Positions 25,575 to 35,185 of a DNA stretch of 51,821 bases are shown here, in pieces. The position numbers and the translations under genes were made by a program. The DNA comes from Shigella phage pSf-1. The stretch is from the sequence record KC710998. One strand, written 5' to 3'. The notes beneath the pieces are model-generated. The model was not told the DNA's origin, did not search any database, and worked only from the letters and a program-made list of their open reading frames with translations. The stretch's first letter is position 1. Each line of letters opens with the position of its first letter.

Positions 25575-27142
25575 TGCTGATTTGGGAAGACTTAACAGCG
25601 GCGCAAAAGCGCGCCGTTAAGGAAATGAGCGAATATTCATTCGAAAAGATGATCCGCATTTGGTTTCAACTTCTCCAGGGGCAAAGGTTCTTGGGAAACT
25701 GGCATTTCAGTTACCTATGCAGCGAAGTTGAAAAAATCATCAAAGGCGAGTCACAGAATGTAATTTTCAACATAACGCCAGGCAGTGGTAAAACAGAGAT
25801 ATTCTCGATCCACATGTCACCTTATGCGTCATTGAAAAGTAAGAAGGTGCGAAATCTTAATCTTTCGTTTAGTGATGGCCTTGTCCAGCAGAATAGCAAC
25901 CGCATCAAAGAGATTATTGGTTCTCCAGAATGGCAGGAGCTATGGCCTGGAAAGCTGGCAAAGGCGAGCGCAAAGGATTTGATTGTAACAGATGGCGGCA
26001 AGGTTAAATTACAAGTCAACTCGCGTTCTATTGGTGGTCAGGTTACTGGTCTGCGTGGCGGATACATGGACGATGGATTTACTGGTATGCTGGTTCTTGA
26101 TGATCCAGACAAACCGGATGACATGCTTTCTAAGGTGAAGCGCGAAGCCGGACACATGCGCCTAAAGAACACGGTGCGATCGCGTCGAATGAAAGACACT
26201 ACGCCAATTGTGATGGTTCAGCAACGTCTACACGTCAATGATTCAACGTGGTTCATGACAAACGGCGGTATGGGCGGCATCCAGTTTAAGGTGGTAAGTA
26301 TTCCGGCGCTCGTTACTAAGGAATACCGCGAAACGCTTCCTGATTGGTTAAAGCCTGAGTTTGATCGCGATGTTTTGTCCAGTAAGCCAGTGATGATTGA
26401 TGGTGTTGCTCATTATTCGTTCTGGCCTGCTAAGGAAAGCGCGGAGGAATTACTTGCACTTCGAAATGCTGATCCGTACACGTTCGCCAGTCAGTATCAG
26501 CAACAGCCTGTTGCGCTTGGTGGTAACGTGTTTAAAACAGAGTGGTTCCAGTATTACGGCAGCAGCGAGAAATGCACGCTACCAAAACCGGATCGCTTTG
26601 AATATACATTTATCACGGTTGATACCGCGCAGAAAACAGGTGAGCTTAACGACTACTCCGTGATCTGTTATTGGGGGATGTATAAAGATCGTGTCTACTT
26701 CATTGATGGCGTTCGCGGAAAATGGGAAGCACCGGACCTTGAGACGAATTTTGTTGCATTCGTTAATCAGTGCTGGAAGCGCAATAAAGAATGCGGAACG
26801 TTGCGAAGGATTCATGTTGAAGATAAATCATCTGGCACTGGCTTGATTCAGAGTGCAGCGAAAAAAATCATGATCAAGATCAATCCCGTTCAGCGCGATA
26901 AAGACAAGGTTACGCGAGCAATGGACGCAGCGCCAGTAATGCGCGCCGGACGCGTAGCACTTCCAGAATCCCATCCTATGCTGGCTGAGATACTAGCTGA
27001 AGTTGCGGCGTTTACATTCGATGATAGCCATCCTCATGATGATATTGTTGATAACATCATTGATGCGGTTAACATTGAAATGAACATGGCAGATGATCCG
27101 GTTGGAAGAATGAAAAAATTGGCAGGTTTGCGGAACAAATAG
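25574..27142 (+). CDS. terminase large subunit
   Basis: Walker A ITPGSGKTE, 522 aa, follows TerS. Confidence 0.7.
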   Translation: MLIWEDLTAAQKRAVKEMSEYSFEKMIRIWFQLLQGQRFLGNWHFSYLCSEVEKIIKGESQNVIFNITPGSGKTEIFSIHMSPYASLKSKKVRNLNLSFSDGLVQQNSNRIKEIIGSPEWQELWPGKLAKASAKDLIVTDGGKVKLQVNSRSIGGQVTGLRGGYMDDGFTGMLVLDDPDKPDDMLSKVKREAGHMRLKNTVRSRRMKDTTPIVMVQQRLHVNDSTWFMTNGGMGGIQFKVVSIPALVTKEYRETLPDWLKPEFDRDVLSSKPVMIDGVAHYSFWPAKESAEELLALRNADPYTFASQYQQQPVALGGNVFKTEWFQYYGSSEKCTLPKPDRFEYTFITVDTAQKTGELNDYSVICYWGMYKDRVYFIDGVRGKWEAPDLETNFVAFVNQCWKRNKECGTLRRIHVEDKSSGTGLIQSAAKKIMIKINPVQRDKDKVTRAMDAAPVMRAGRVALPESHPMLAEILAEVAAFTFDDSHPHDDIVDNIIDAVNIEMNMADDPVGRMKKLAGLRNK

Positions 27143-27172
27143 CACGAATCGACAAACCAATATATAATCAAA

Positions 27173-27195
27173 GGCTGGAAAATCCAGCCTTTTTT
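27173..27195 (+). terminator. hairpin + T-run between terminase and portal genes
   Basis: GGCTGGA-aaa-TCCAGCC + T6; preceded by ATAGCACGAAT...TATAAT partial cassette. Confidence 0.4.
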
Positions 27196-27210
27196 ATTGG
27201 AGGAAAGATA

Positions 27211-28490
27211 ATGAGTAAATCACGAATCGTTAAGGCTGATGGCTATAACGAGATCTTTAAAGGCGAGAATTGCAAATCGCGAGTAGAGCAACCATTCTAC
27301 ATGCAATCAATGCCATACAAGACACTTGCTGACTTTTACGAAAAAGACGGCCTGGCAAAAAGGGTTATTGACGTAGTACCAGAGGAAATGGTTTCCCCTG
27401 GCTTCACGGTTGACGGCGTGGCAGACGAGGCAGCATTCCGTTCTTTGTGGGATGAGAAGCGATTGAATGCAAAAATTATTGATGCGCTTTGCTGGTCGCG
27501 TTTGTTTGGTGGATCTGCAATCATTGCTCTTGTTCAGGATGGGCGAGCGCTCAAATCACCTGTAAAGCCTGGTGCCATGTTGGAGGATGTGCGAGTTTAC
27601 GATCGCTATCAGATTCGCGTTGAAGCGCGCGAAACTAATCCACGCAAGGTTCGCTATGGTGAGCCAGTGCTTTACACTGTAACGCCAGGCGGAGACTTGC
27701 CGGAATACCAGGTACACTACACGCGAGTTTGCATTATCGACGGTGAGCGGATACCTAACGCAAAGCGACGCAGCAATGATGGCTGGGGTGAGTCAGTTCT
27801 TAACAAGCGACTTGTTGAGGCTATTGTTGATTATAACTATTGTGAAACATTGGCAACGCAATTATTGCGGCGGAAGCAACAGGCGGTATGGAAGGCTAAA
27901 GGACTCGCTGACTTGTGCGATGATGAAGAAGGTGTTAGCGCGGCACGTCTGAGGCTTGCGCAGGTTGACGATGAGGCGGCGTAGGCAGGGCCATTGGTAT
28001 TGATGCTGAGGATGAGGAATATGATGTTCTTAACTCTGACATTAGCGGCGTTGATTCTTTTCTGGAAAAGAAAATGGATCGCATCGTTTCCCTTTCAGGT
28101 ATTCATGAAATCATCCTGAAAAATAAAAACGTTGGCGGAGTTAGCGCAAGCCAAAACACGGCGCTTGAAACATTCTATAAGCTGATTGAACGAAAACGCG
28201 TTGAGGATTACAAGCCTATTCTTGAATTTCTATTGCCGTTCATCATTAGTGAGCAGGAGTGGAGTATTGAGTTTTCACCTTTGAGCGTACCTAGCGATAA
28301 AGATCAGGCTGAAATTCTGAATAAGAATATCGACTCAATCAGCAAGGCTATTGATGGTCAGTTCCTTGATGTTGAAGAAGCGCGCGACACGTTGCGAGCA
28401 ATCGCCCCAAGCGTTAAACTAAAGGACACTAATAAAATCAAGCTGCCGGAGCCAACTGAGCCGGAGCCAGGCACGCAGGGGAATGAGTAA
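27211..28490 (+). CDS. portal protein (apparent frameshift near 27970-27985)
   Basis: two adjacent track ORFs (27211..27984, 28074..28490); second frame is open back to about 27975, so one indel joins them; position between TerL and head morphogenesis gene. Confidence 0.5.
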
Positions 28491-29254
28491 TGAAAGTGAA
28501 AGGCGTTGTTAAACAATGGCGTTTTCCTGAAGCAAGCGAGCGGCAATTTAGCCGCTCAATTCAGGAGGCAATTAGAGATCTGGTAGTTCTCATGCGTAAT
28601 AGGACAAAAGCGATGAAGTTTGACGCAACCGATAATGAGATCAACAGCGCAGAAGATGAAATTAACAGCCTGGCAACTGACCTTATAGCTGGCATTGTTT
28701 CCACTCTTCCTGCAATCGCGTTGACCATTTATAAATTCAATGCGAAGCAGTTTATCAATGTTGCCAAGTCAACTGGCGGAAAGGATAATACGGCGGTAAT
28801 TGTTTTGATCGCGGTTGGCGCTAACGCTAACGAGGATTGGTATCAGACGCTCTACGGTCAATGGCACGGGCTTACAGAATCATCGCTAAGGAAGTTATTC
28901 ACAAACATTGTTTCTGATTGGTCAACAAACATTCGTAATGCAAACTTTCGCGGAAGCAATGATAAACAGGTTAATGATCTTGCAGAAAAGAGATTTGCTG
29001 TTTATAGCTCTTGGGGTAAAACGAGATCAGAAAACATTATCGGCGCGTGGAATAGTCGCCTGATGCGCCAGCGCCTTTATGATGCTAAGGTAACTCATTA
29101 TTTCTGGCATGGAATGTTAGATGACAGAGAGCGCTTGCAGCATGTGTTATGGGAAGGTAAAAGAATAGCGCTTAATGCAATTCATGATTTCCCTGGTGAG
29201 CCGTGGGGTTGCCGTTGCTGGGCGATTCCAGATTGGAATAATAAAGGAGAGTAA
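28490..29254 (+). CDS. head morphogenesis protein (Mu F / SPP1 gp7-like)
   Basis: C-terminal motif FPGEPWGCRCWAIP. Confidence 0.55.
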   Translation: MKVKGVVKQWRFPEASERQFSRSIQEAIRDLVVLMRNRTKAMKFDATDNEINSAEDEINSLATDLIAGIVSTLPAIALTIYKFNAKQFINVAKSTGGKDNTAVIVLIAVGANANEDWYQTLYGQWHGLTESSLRKLFTNIVSDWSTNIRNANFRGSNDKQVNDLAEKRFAVYSSWGKTRSENIIGAWNSRLMRQRLYDAKVTHYFWHGMLDDRERLQHVLWEGKRIALNAIHDFPGEPWGCRCWAIPDWNNKGE

Positions 29255-29257
29255 TTA

Positions 29258-30370
29258 ATGAAGGCAAAACAAAGATTTGATAGCGTCCAGGTTAAGGCGC
29301 ATTTTGATGATAATGGCTTTTTAGTGGATCGCCCAATTGTGGCGCGAATTGGTTTGCAGGAGTACCGCACACCGTATGGAATCAGGCGAGAGTTCCGACC
29401 AGCGTCAGAAGTGTTTAAGGCTGATTCGCTTGCTACGTTCGCAGGCAAGCCGATCACTATCGGTCACGTCACAGTGACGCCAGATAATGCGGATCAGGTT
29501 GTTGTTGGTTCATGCGCTGGCGCTGGTGTTCCAAATGGGATTGGCGTTGAAGTTCCGTTAAGCATTTATTCAAAGCGAGCAATTGAGAGCGCAAAAAAGA
29601 AAGACACGGCGGAAATTTCAGTTGGTTACACATCAATTGATATTGATAAACCAGGTTGGGGCAATAATAAAACTGGCGATTACTTGTTTGAGGAAGACAT
29701 TAAGGAAGACTGGAAGCCTGATTCTCCTGATTGGGTTAAATTTGACGCCATTCAGACGAATATCCGTGTTAATCACATTGCGCTCGTCTTTCGTGGTCGT
29801 GCTGGCATTGCCAAATTAAATCTTGATAGTGAACAGGATTTTCCGTATAGTGACGAGGTTCTAAATGACAAAGGAGATGAGGAAATGACAGTAAAAATTA
29901 AACTTGATGGCGCGGTAGAATTTGATGTTCCAAAGGCCGTTGCTGATCATATTGAGGCGTTAAAGGCAGATGCAAAAGCTGCAACCGAAAAAGCTGATGG
30001 CCTTGAGGCCGAGCGCGACGCCCTGAAAACTAAAGTCGATGGCATTCCGGCGCAGATTGCAGAAGCTGTTAAGAAGGCAAAGACTGACGCAGAAGAACAC
30101 GCCAAGCTGGTTGCAGATGCAACTGAAATTGGCATCAAGTGTGACGGCCTGGACGCTAAAGCGATCAAAGTTGCTTACGTCAAAGAAGTCACTGGCGCTG
30201 ATATTTCAGAAAAAGCCGATGCATATATTGAAACAGCTTTTGACCTTGCGAAGCAGTCTGATAAAATGGCGGCGCAGCGTAAATCTGTTAAGGGCGATTC
30301 TTTCGAGTCTGGCAAGAATGAAAAAACCGACTCCCTTGATCCGACTGCGCGTTTGAAAAAACTTAAATAA
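29258..30370 (+). CDS. scaffolding protein / prohead protease-like
   Basis: C-terminal Ala/Lys/Glu/Asp-rich predicted coiled coil; position before capsid genes. Confidence 0.45.
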   Translation: MKAKQRFDSVQVKAHFDDNGFLVDRPIVARIGLQEYRTPYGIRREFRPASEVFKADSLATFAGKPITIGHVTVTPDNADQVVVGSCAGAGVPNGIGVEVPLSIYSKRAIESAKKKDTAEISVGYTSIDIDKPGWGNNKTGDYLFEEDIKEDWKPDSPDWVKFDAIQTNIRVNHIALVFRGRAGIAKLNLDSEQDFPYSDEVLNDKGDEEMTVKIKLDGAVEFDVPKAVADHIEALKADAKAATEKADGLEAERDALKTKVDGIPAQIAEAVKKAKTDAEEHAKLVADATEIGIKCDGLDAKAIKVAYVKEVTGADISEKADAYIETAFDLAKQSDKMAAQRKSVKGDSFESGKNEKTDSLDPTARLKKLK

Positions 30371-30382
30371 GGAGAAATAAAT

Positions 30383-30895
30383 ATGGCTACAATTGGAGCA
30401 AGTTATTTTGCTGTAATGTCTCGTGCGTTACCTGGTCAGGTTTCTGACACTTCAGCTTATAATATTGATGGCGCTTGTGTTCTTGAGAATGCGGCAGGCA
30501 ATCAGAACAAAAACATTTTTGTTGGTGTTGCAGTCCAGCATGGCGGCGTTGACGCGATGGGTAATAAACTGATTAAGCCTATGGCGGCAAGCGGCAAGGC
30601 TTACGGCGTTGCAATTCGATCCCACTTCCAGACGACTTCGGCTGACGGTCGAATGATTTATGAGTCTGGCGGCGGAATCAACGTAATGACTGAGGGGCGT
30701 GTTTGGATGTTGGCTAAAGACGCTTCCGCGCCAACGTTCGGCACTACAATCAAACTGTCTGATGATGGTCAGGTTGATACCGCGTCTGGTACTATCGAAA
30801 CCAACTGGATCGCGACTGGTGATTTCACCAAGTTTCAAGACTTGAAGCTGGTAGAGGTTCAGGTGCAAAAAGTTCCGGCAGTTTCAGCAGTTTAA
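30383..30895 (+). CDS. capsid-associated structural protein (paralog 1)
   Basis: AAGGAGAAA RBS; shares GVAV...G.VW.L...AP..G pattern with ORF 30985..31374. Confidence 0.4.
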   Translation: MATIGASYFAVMSRALPGQVSDTSAYNIDGACVLENAAGNQNKNIFVGVAVQHGGVDAMGNKLIKPMAASGKAYGVAIRSHFQTTSADGRMIYESGGGINVMTEGRVWMLAKDASAPTFGTTIKLSDDGQVDTASGTIETNWIATGDFTKFQDLKLVEVQVQKVPAVSAV

Positions 30896-30902
30896 TAAAT
30901 AT

Positions 30903-30924
30903 GGCGCTCACTGAGCGCCTTTTT
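30903..30924 (+). terminator. rho-independent terminator
   Basis: palindrome GGCGCTCA-c-TGAGCGCC + T5. Confidence 0.6.
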
Positions 30925-30984
30925 TATATTTGGGGTTATCATGAGTGATTATTCAGTCATTGTTGGCGCTGAGTCGCAGGGTGC

Positions 30985-31374
30985 ATGGTCGATTCTTCAA
31001 TAATGGTGATTAACGGATCTTTCGTGTGCGGAGATGAATTTATTGAGCCAGGTAAGATTGTGCGACTATCACATATAACAAATGGATACAAAATAGCAAG
31101 TGTTAATGGGGATCTCGTTATTGGTGTGGCAGTAAGGCCGCCGTACTCGTGCATATATGAGGAGGGTGATCCCGTTAGTGTAGTTAGTAGAGGTAGTGTG
31201 TGGTGCTTAACTTCTGAGAGCGAAGCGCCAGAATACGGAGATAAGGTGTTTGTAACGCAAGATGGTGATGCGTCATACAGTGAAGGCGACTTACTGAGCG
31301 GTTGGATCTTTACTGGCGAACATGTAAAGGTTGATCATGATTCATATATTGTCGGGGTAAGCATTAGCGCATAA
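30985..31374 (+). CDS. capsid-associated structural protein (paralog 2)
   Basis: ORF track; similarity pattern to 30383..30895. Confidence 0.4.
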   Translation: MVDSSIMVINGSFVCGDEFIEPGKIVRLSHITNGYKIASVNGDLVIGVAVRPPYSCIYEEGDPVSVVSRGSVWCLTSESEAPEYGDKVFVTQDGDASYSEGDLLSGWIFTGEHVKVDHDSYIVGVSISA

Positions 31375-31392
31375 CACAAAATTATGTTGCAC

Positions 31393-31411
31393 GTTTAACA
31401 AAAAATGCTAT
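31393..31411 (-). promoter_or_regulatory. orphan copy of conserved motif in reverse orientation upstream of capsid gene
   Basis: GTTTAACAAAAAATGCTAT on + strand; no minus-strand gene downstream. Confidence 0.4.
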
Positions 31412-31457
31412 CATTGGGGCGTTACATACTAACAGCCTTTATATATGGAGGAAGAAA

Positions 31458-32432
31458 ATGGAAAAAGAAAAATTTGATCAGCTAGATGCGGATATTGTTT
31501 CTAGCCATCTGGCTACTCGCGGCGTTAAGGGTGATGCTTCTGATATGGGTATCTGGACGGCGCAAGAGCTTCACAAGATCCGCTCAACTGCTTACGAGAA
31601 AGAGTATCCGGCAGGTTCGGCGCTTCGTGTATTCCCTGTAACTAATGAGCTTTCTGATACTGATAAGACTTTTGAATATCAGATGTTTGACAAGGTTGGT
31701 TACGCAAAAATTATCGCTGATTACACCGACGACCTACCGACCGTTGACGCGCTGATGTCCAGCGAATTTGGTAAAGTGTTCCGCCTGGGTAACGCGTTCT
31801 TGATCTCCATTGACGAAATCAAGGCTGGTCAGCGTACTGGCAAGAGCCTTTCCACTCGCAAGGCAAACGCAGCGCAAAACGCGCATGATCAGGAAGTTAA
31901 CCGCTTGGTGTTTAAGGGTTCAAAACCGCATAAGATTCTTTCGGTGTTCGAACATCCTAACCTGACAAAGATCGTGTCTTCTGGCTGGTTAAGTAGTGAT
32001 GAAAACACCAAGTTCCCGCAGGCTGCATCTGATGAACTGGAAAAGGCTATTGAAACCATTCAGACCATCACCAATGGTCAGCACCGAGCAACCAACATCC
32101 TGATTCCTCCGTCTATGCGCAAGGTTCTTTCCGTTCGAATGGAAAACACCACTGAAAGTTATCTGGAATACTTCCAGAAACAAAACAGCGGAATCACCAT
32201 TGACTCAATCGCAGAGCTTGAGGATATTGATGGCACAGGAACGAAAGGTTGCCTGGTATATGAGAAAGACCCGATGAACATGTCGATCGAAATTCCAGAA
32301 GCATTTAACATGCTTCCGGCGCAACCAAAAGATCTGCATTTCAAAGTTCCGTGTACTTCAAAATGTACTGGCTTGACGATTTACCGTCCGTTTACGCTAG
32401 TGCTTATTACTGGCTTGAAAAAATCAGGTTAA
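31458..32432 (+). CDS. major capsid protein
   Basis: 324 aa, GGAGGAAGAAA RBS, position in head module; followed by strong terminator. Confidence 0.5.
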   Translation: MEKEKFDQLDADIVSSHLATRGVKGDASDMGIWTAQELHKIRSTAYEKEYPAGSALRVFPVTNELSDTDKTFEYQMFDKVGYAKIIADYTDDLPTVDALMSSEFGKVFRLGNAFLISIDEIKAGQRTGKSLSTRKANAAQNAHDQEVNRLVFKGSKPHKILSVFEHPNLTKIVSSGWLSSDENTKFPQAASDELEKAIETIQTITNGQHRATNILIPPSMRKVLSVRMENTTESYLEYFQKQNSGITIDSIAELEDIDGTGTKGCLVYEKDPMNMSIEIPEAFNMLPAQPKDLHFKVPCTSKCTGLTIYRPFTLVLITGLKKSG

Positions 32433-32445
32433 TCGTATAACATTT

Positions 32446-32474
32446 GGGAATCCTTAACTGGATTCCCTTTTTTT
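32446..32474 (+). terminator. rho-independent terminator
   Basis: GGGAATCC-ttaact-GGATTCCC + T7. Confidence 0.65.
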
Positions 32475-32489
32475 ATTGGAGGTTATGAA

Positions 32490-32762
32490 ATGGCTAAAGA
32501 AAAAACTGTAACGCTAAAGGTTTCCGGCGTGTGCCTTATCATTGTTGATGGTGAGCATTATCATCCAGGCAAAGAGTTTGACGTAGAAGAATCAAAATTG
32601 AAAACAAGCGCGTTTGAATATCTAATTGCAAAAGGCGATCTGGAGGTTAAAGACAACTCCGCATTGAACGAAGAAATCAAACAGAGCGCAGCAAGCAAAC
32701 GTAAAAAAGATCCGCGAGAGGGCAAGAGCAAAGCCGAACTTGAAGACGGCGGCATCTATTAA
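32490..32762 (+). CDS. hypothetical head-module protein
   Basis: ORF track; GGAGG RBS. Confidence 0.4.
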   Translation: MAKEKTVTLKVSGVCLIIVDGEHYHPGKEFDVEESKLKTSAFEYLIAKGDLEVKDNSALNEEIKQSAASKRKKDPREGKSKAELEDGGIY

Positions 32763-32809
32763 TAAAGAGGGCGCTTATAGCGCCCTTTGTCATATCTGGA
32801 GGAAACACA

Positions 32810-33226
32810 ATGGTTGATGAATTTTTCACTGACGCAGAAATCACGCAGCAAATCGTGAAATTAGCGCCACCGATGAAACAGATTGATCCAGATTTAATGG
32901 TGGCATGGATTGATCTGGCAAAGGAATTTGTTTGCAAGAAGCGGTTTAAAGAATCATATCCTAAAGCGGTTGCTCTTTATACGTTGCACCTTATGACGCT
33001 TGACGGAGCTATGAAGCAAGAGGGGGAAAGCGTAGAGAGTTACTCACGGCGCGTGGCGTCATTTTCCCTGACTGGTGAATTTAGCCAGACATTTGATCGC
33101 GTGTCCGGCGATTCAAGCGGAAAAGAGATTAGACAAACTCCGTGGGGCAAAATGTATGAGACGTTAAATAGAAAAAAAGGCGGTGGATTTGGCCTTGTGA
33201 CTGGATTTCGGAGGCGCTGCAAATGA
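32810..33226 (+). CDS. putative head-tail connector/adaptor protein
   Basis: position and size; GGAGGAAA RBS. Confidence 0.35.
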   Translation: MVDEFFTDAEITQQIVKLAPPMKQIDPDLMVAWIDLAKEFVCKKRFKESYPKAVALYTLHLMTLDGAMKQEGESVESYSRRVASFSLTGEFSQTFDRVSGDSSGKEIRQTPWGKMYETLNRKKGGGFGLVTGFRRRCK

Positions 33227-33594
33227 ACTATAACGAGATCGCAAGAATGGCAACCGAAGGAATTAACTTCTTTAGTGATGGCAACGGTGAGTTTAAGTGC
33301 ATAACGCAGCGCGGAAGCGTTGAAATCATCGGAGGCGAAGAAGTAGAAAAGCCAGAGATTAGTGTAATGATTAAGGGTTTAATTAGATCCCCAAAAGTCC
33401 GAGAGGTTGACGGCGAGACAATACGAGTAACCGATAAGTTGGGAGTTTTTAACAATAAAGTTGAAATTAAGAACGGGTATCATATTGATGTTGATGGTGA
33501 ATTATATGTTGTAGTTGAAGCAAGACCAATCAGACAAACCAATGTCACAGTTGCTTATCGGCCTATTTTGAGAAGGATTTCCGTGCATGGCTAA
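33223..33594 (+). CDS. putative head-tail joining protein
   Basis: position; overlapping start/stop coupling. Confidence 0.3.
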   Translation: MNYNEIARMATEGINFFSDGNGEFKCITQRGSVEIIGGEEVEKPEISVMIKGLIRSPKVREVDGETIRVTDKLGVFNNKVEIKNGYHIDVDGELYVVVEARPIRQTNVTVAYRPILRRISVHG

Positions 33595-34030
33595 AAACTA
33601 CACGATAAGGGAATTTCACGGCAACATTGATGCGTGGATAAACGCCGTTGATAGTGGACTAAAAGATTGCGTGGAGTTGTTCGCCGAAAAAGTACACACA
33701 GATTTGGTTAAGCGTTCTCCGGTAGATACTGGTCGTTACCGTGGAAACTGGCAGGTAACAGCAAATAAGCCGCCATTGTATGCGCTTAACCAGTACGATA
33801 AGCACGGCGACAAAACGATCGCGGAAGGCAAGCGCGCCATATACGCGATTTTACGAGGTGGCGGAGCAGTAAGAGCCATTTATTTTTCCAACATGCTTAT
33901 TTATGCCAACGCGCTTGAGTACGGTCATTCAAAACAAGCGCCAGCGGGTGTTCTTGGGATTGTAGCGGTTAAGTTGAGATCTTATATGGCTGAAGCAATA
34001 AAAGAGTCGAGGGCTAAAAATGCACTATGA
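33587..34030 (+). CDS. HK97 gp10-like tail completion protein
   Basis: TGRYRGNW and SNMLIYANALEYGHSKQAPAG pattern. Confidence 0.5.
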   Translation: MAKNYTIREFHGNIDAWINAVDSGLKDCVELFAEKVHTDLVKRSPVDTGRYRGNWQVTANKPPLYALNQYDKHGDKTIAEGKRAIYAILRGGGAVRAIYFSNMLIYANALEYGHSKQAPAGVLGIVAVKLRSYMAEAIKESRAKNAL

Positions 34031-34418
34031 ATTAATGCTATCTGCGCGTAAGGCGCTGGCGACTGAATACGAAACCAGATTCATGATCGCTTATGAAAAC
34101 GTAGAGTTTACGCCACCTGGTGACGGTTCGCCGTGGTTGAAGTTTGACTATGCCGAAGTTGACACAGAATACTTGTCATTGGATCGCAAGTGCGTTTCTT
34201 ATATCGGAATGATTCAGGTTGGTATTGTGTTTCCACCAGGTTACGGAACTGACAGGCCGCGCGTTCTCGCTAAAGAGATTGCGCAATTCTTTTACGATGG
34301 TAAAATGCTGGAGCATGGTTATATATATGAGGGTGCAAGAGTTCACAAGCCGCTCAAGAGTGAAAGCGGTTGGATTCTCCCAATAAGGTTTTATGTTCGA
34401 ATTGAAACAAAGGAGTAA
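34020..34418 (+). CDS. putative tail terminator protein
   Basis: position immediately upstream of major tail gene. Confidence 0.35.
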   Translation: MHYELMLSARKALATEYETRFMIAYENVEFTPPGDGSPWLKFDYAEVDTEYLSLDRKCVSYIGMIQVGIVFPPGYGTDRPRVLAKEIAQFFYDGKMLEHGYIYEGARVHKPLKSESGWILPIRFYVRIETKE

Positions 34419-34423
34419 AAATT

Positions 34424-35086
34424 ATGCATTTACCAAATGGATCGCAAATTTTCGTTGAGAGCAATCGCGGAAGCGCTATTGATGCAACGGCAGTATCAAA
34501 CGCTAAAGATCCTGTATTCACCGTTGCATCTGGCGGAACTGCGTACAAGAAAGGTGATTATGTTATCATCACTGCGTCTTCTTGGGGTAAGCTGATTGAT
34601 CGTGTTATGCGTGTAAAGACTGACGGTGAAGAAACAAGCGTGACTCTTGAAGGCGTAGATACTACTGATCAGAACGTTTTCCCGTCTGGCGGTACTGCAT
34701 CTTTTGCCAAAATTGATGCATGGACTGAGATCCCTTGCGTTCAGGATTTGTCGCAGGACGGCGGCGAACAGCAATACTACACTTATCAGTGTTTGTCAGA
34801 CGATCAGGAACAGCAGTTACCTACCTATAAGAGCGCCGTTTCTCTTACCTACACTTTTGCGCACGAATACGATAACGCGATCTATCCGCTATTGCGTTCA
34901 GCAGATGAATCGGGCGAAGTAACCGCGCTTCGTATGTATGTACCAAAAGCAAAAGAGATGCGTTGCTGGGCTGGTGTACTTTCATTTAACGAGATCCCAC
35001 AAACGACCGTTAACGAAATGGAAACCGTTTCCCTGTCTGTATCCCTGAAAGGTCGATTCACCTTCCTACCTTCTCAAGTAGCATAA
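34424..35086 (+). CDS. major tail protein
   Basis: 220 aa; position upstream of G/T chaperone and tape measure; followed by terminator. Confidence 0.5.
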   Translation: MHLPNGSQIFVESNRGSAIDATAVSNAKDPVFTVASGGTAYKKGDYVIITASSWGKLIDRVMRVKTDGEETSVTLEGVDTTDQNVFPSGGTASFAKIDAWTEIPCVQDLSQDGGEQQYYTYQCLSDDQEQQLPTYKSAVSLTYTFAHEYDNAIYPLLRSADESGEVTALRMYVPKAKEMRCWAGVLSFNEIPQTTVNEMETVSLSVSLKGRFTFLPSQVA

Positions 35087-35092
35087 TCACAA

Positions 35093-35114
35093 GGGGCGTT
35101 GCGCCCCTTTTTTT
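35093..35114 (+). terminator. rho-independent terminator
   Basis: GGGGCG-ttg-CGCCCC + T7. Confidence 0.65.
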
Positions 35115-35152
35115 GTTACTGTACAATCAAGCTACACGATTCATAATCAATT

Positions 35153-35173
35153 CTTTTAACAAAAAGTGCTATC
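35153..35173 (-). promoter_or_regulatory. orphan copy of conserved motif in reverse orientation upstream of tail chaperone gene
   Basis: CTTTTAACAAAAAGTGCTATC on + strand, 13 nt before ATG 35186. Confidence 0.4.
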
Positions 35174-35185
35174 AAGGGGAAAGAA

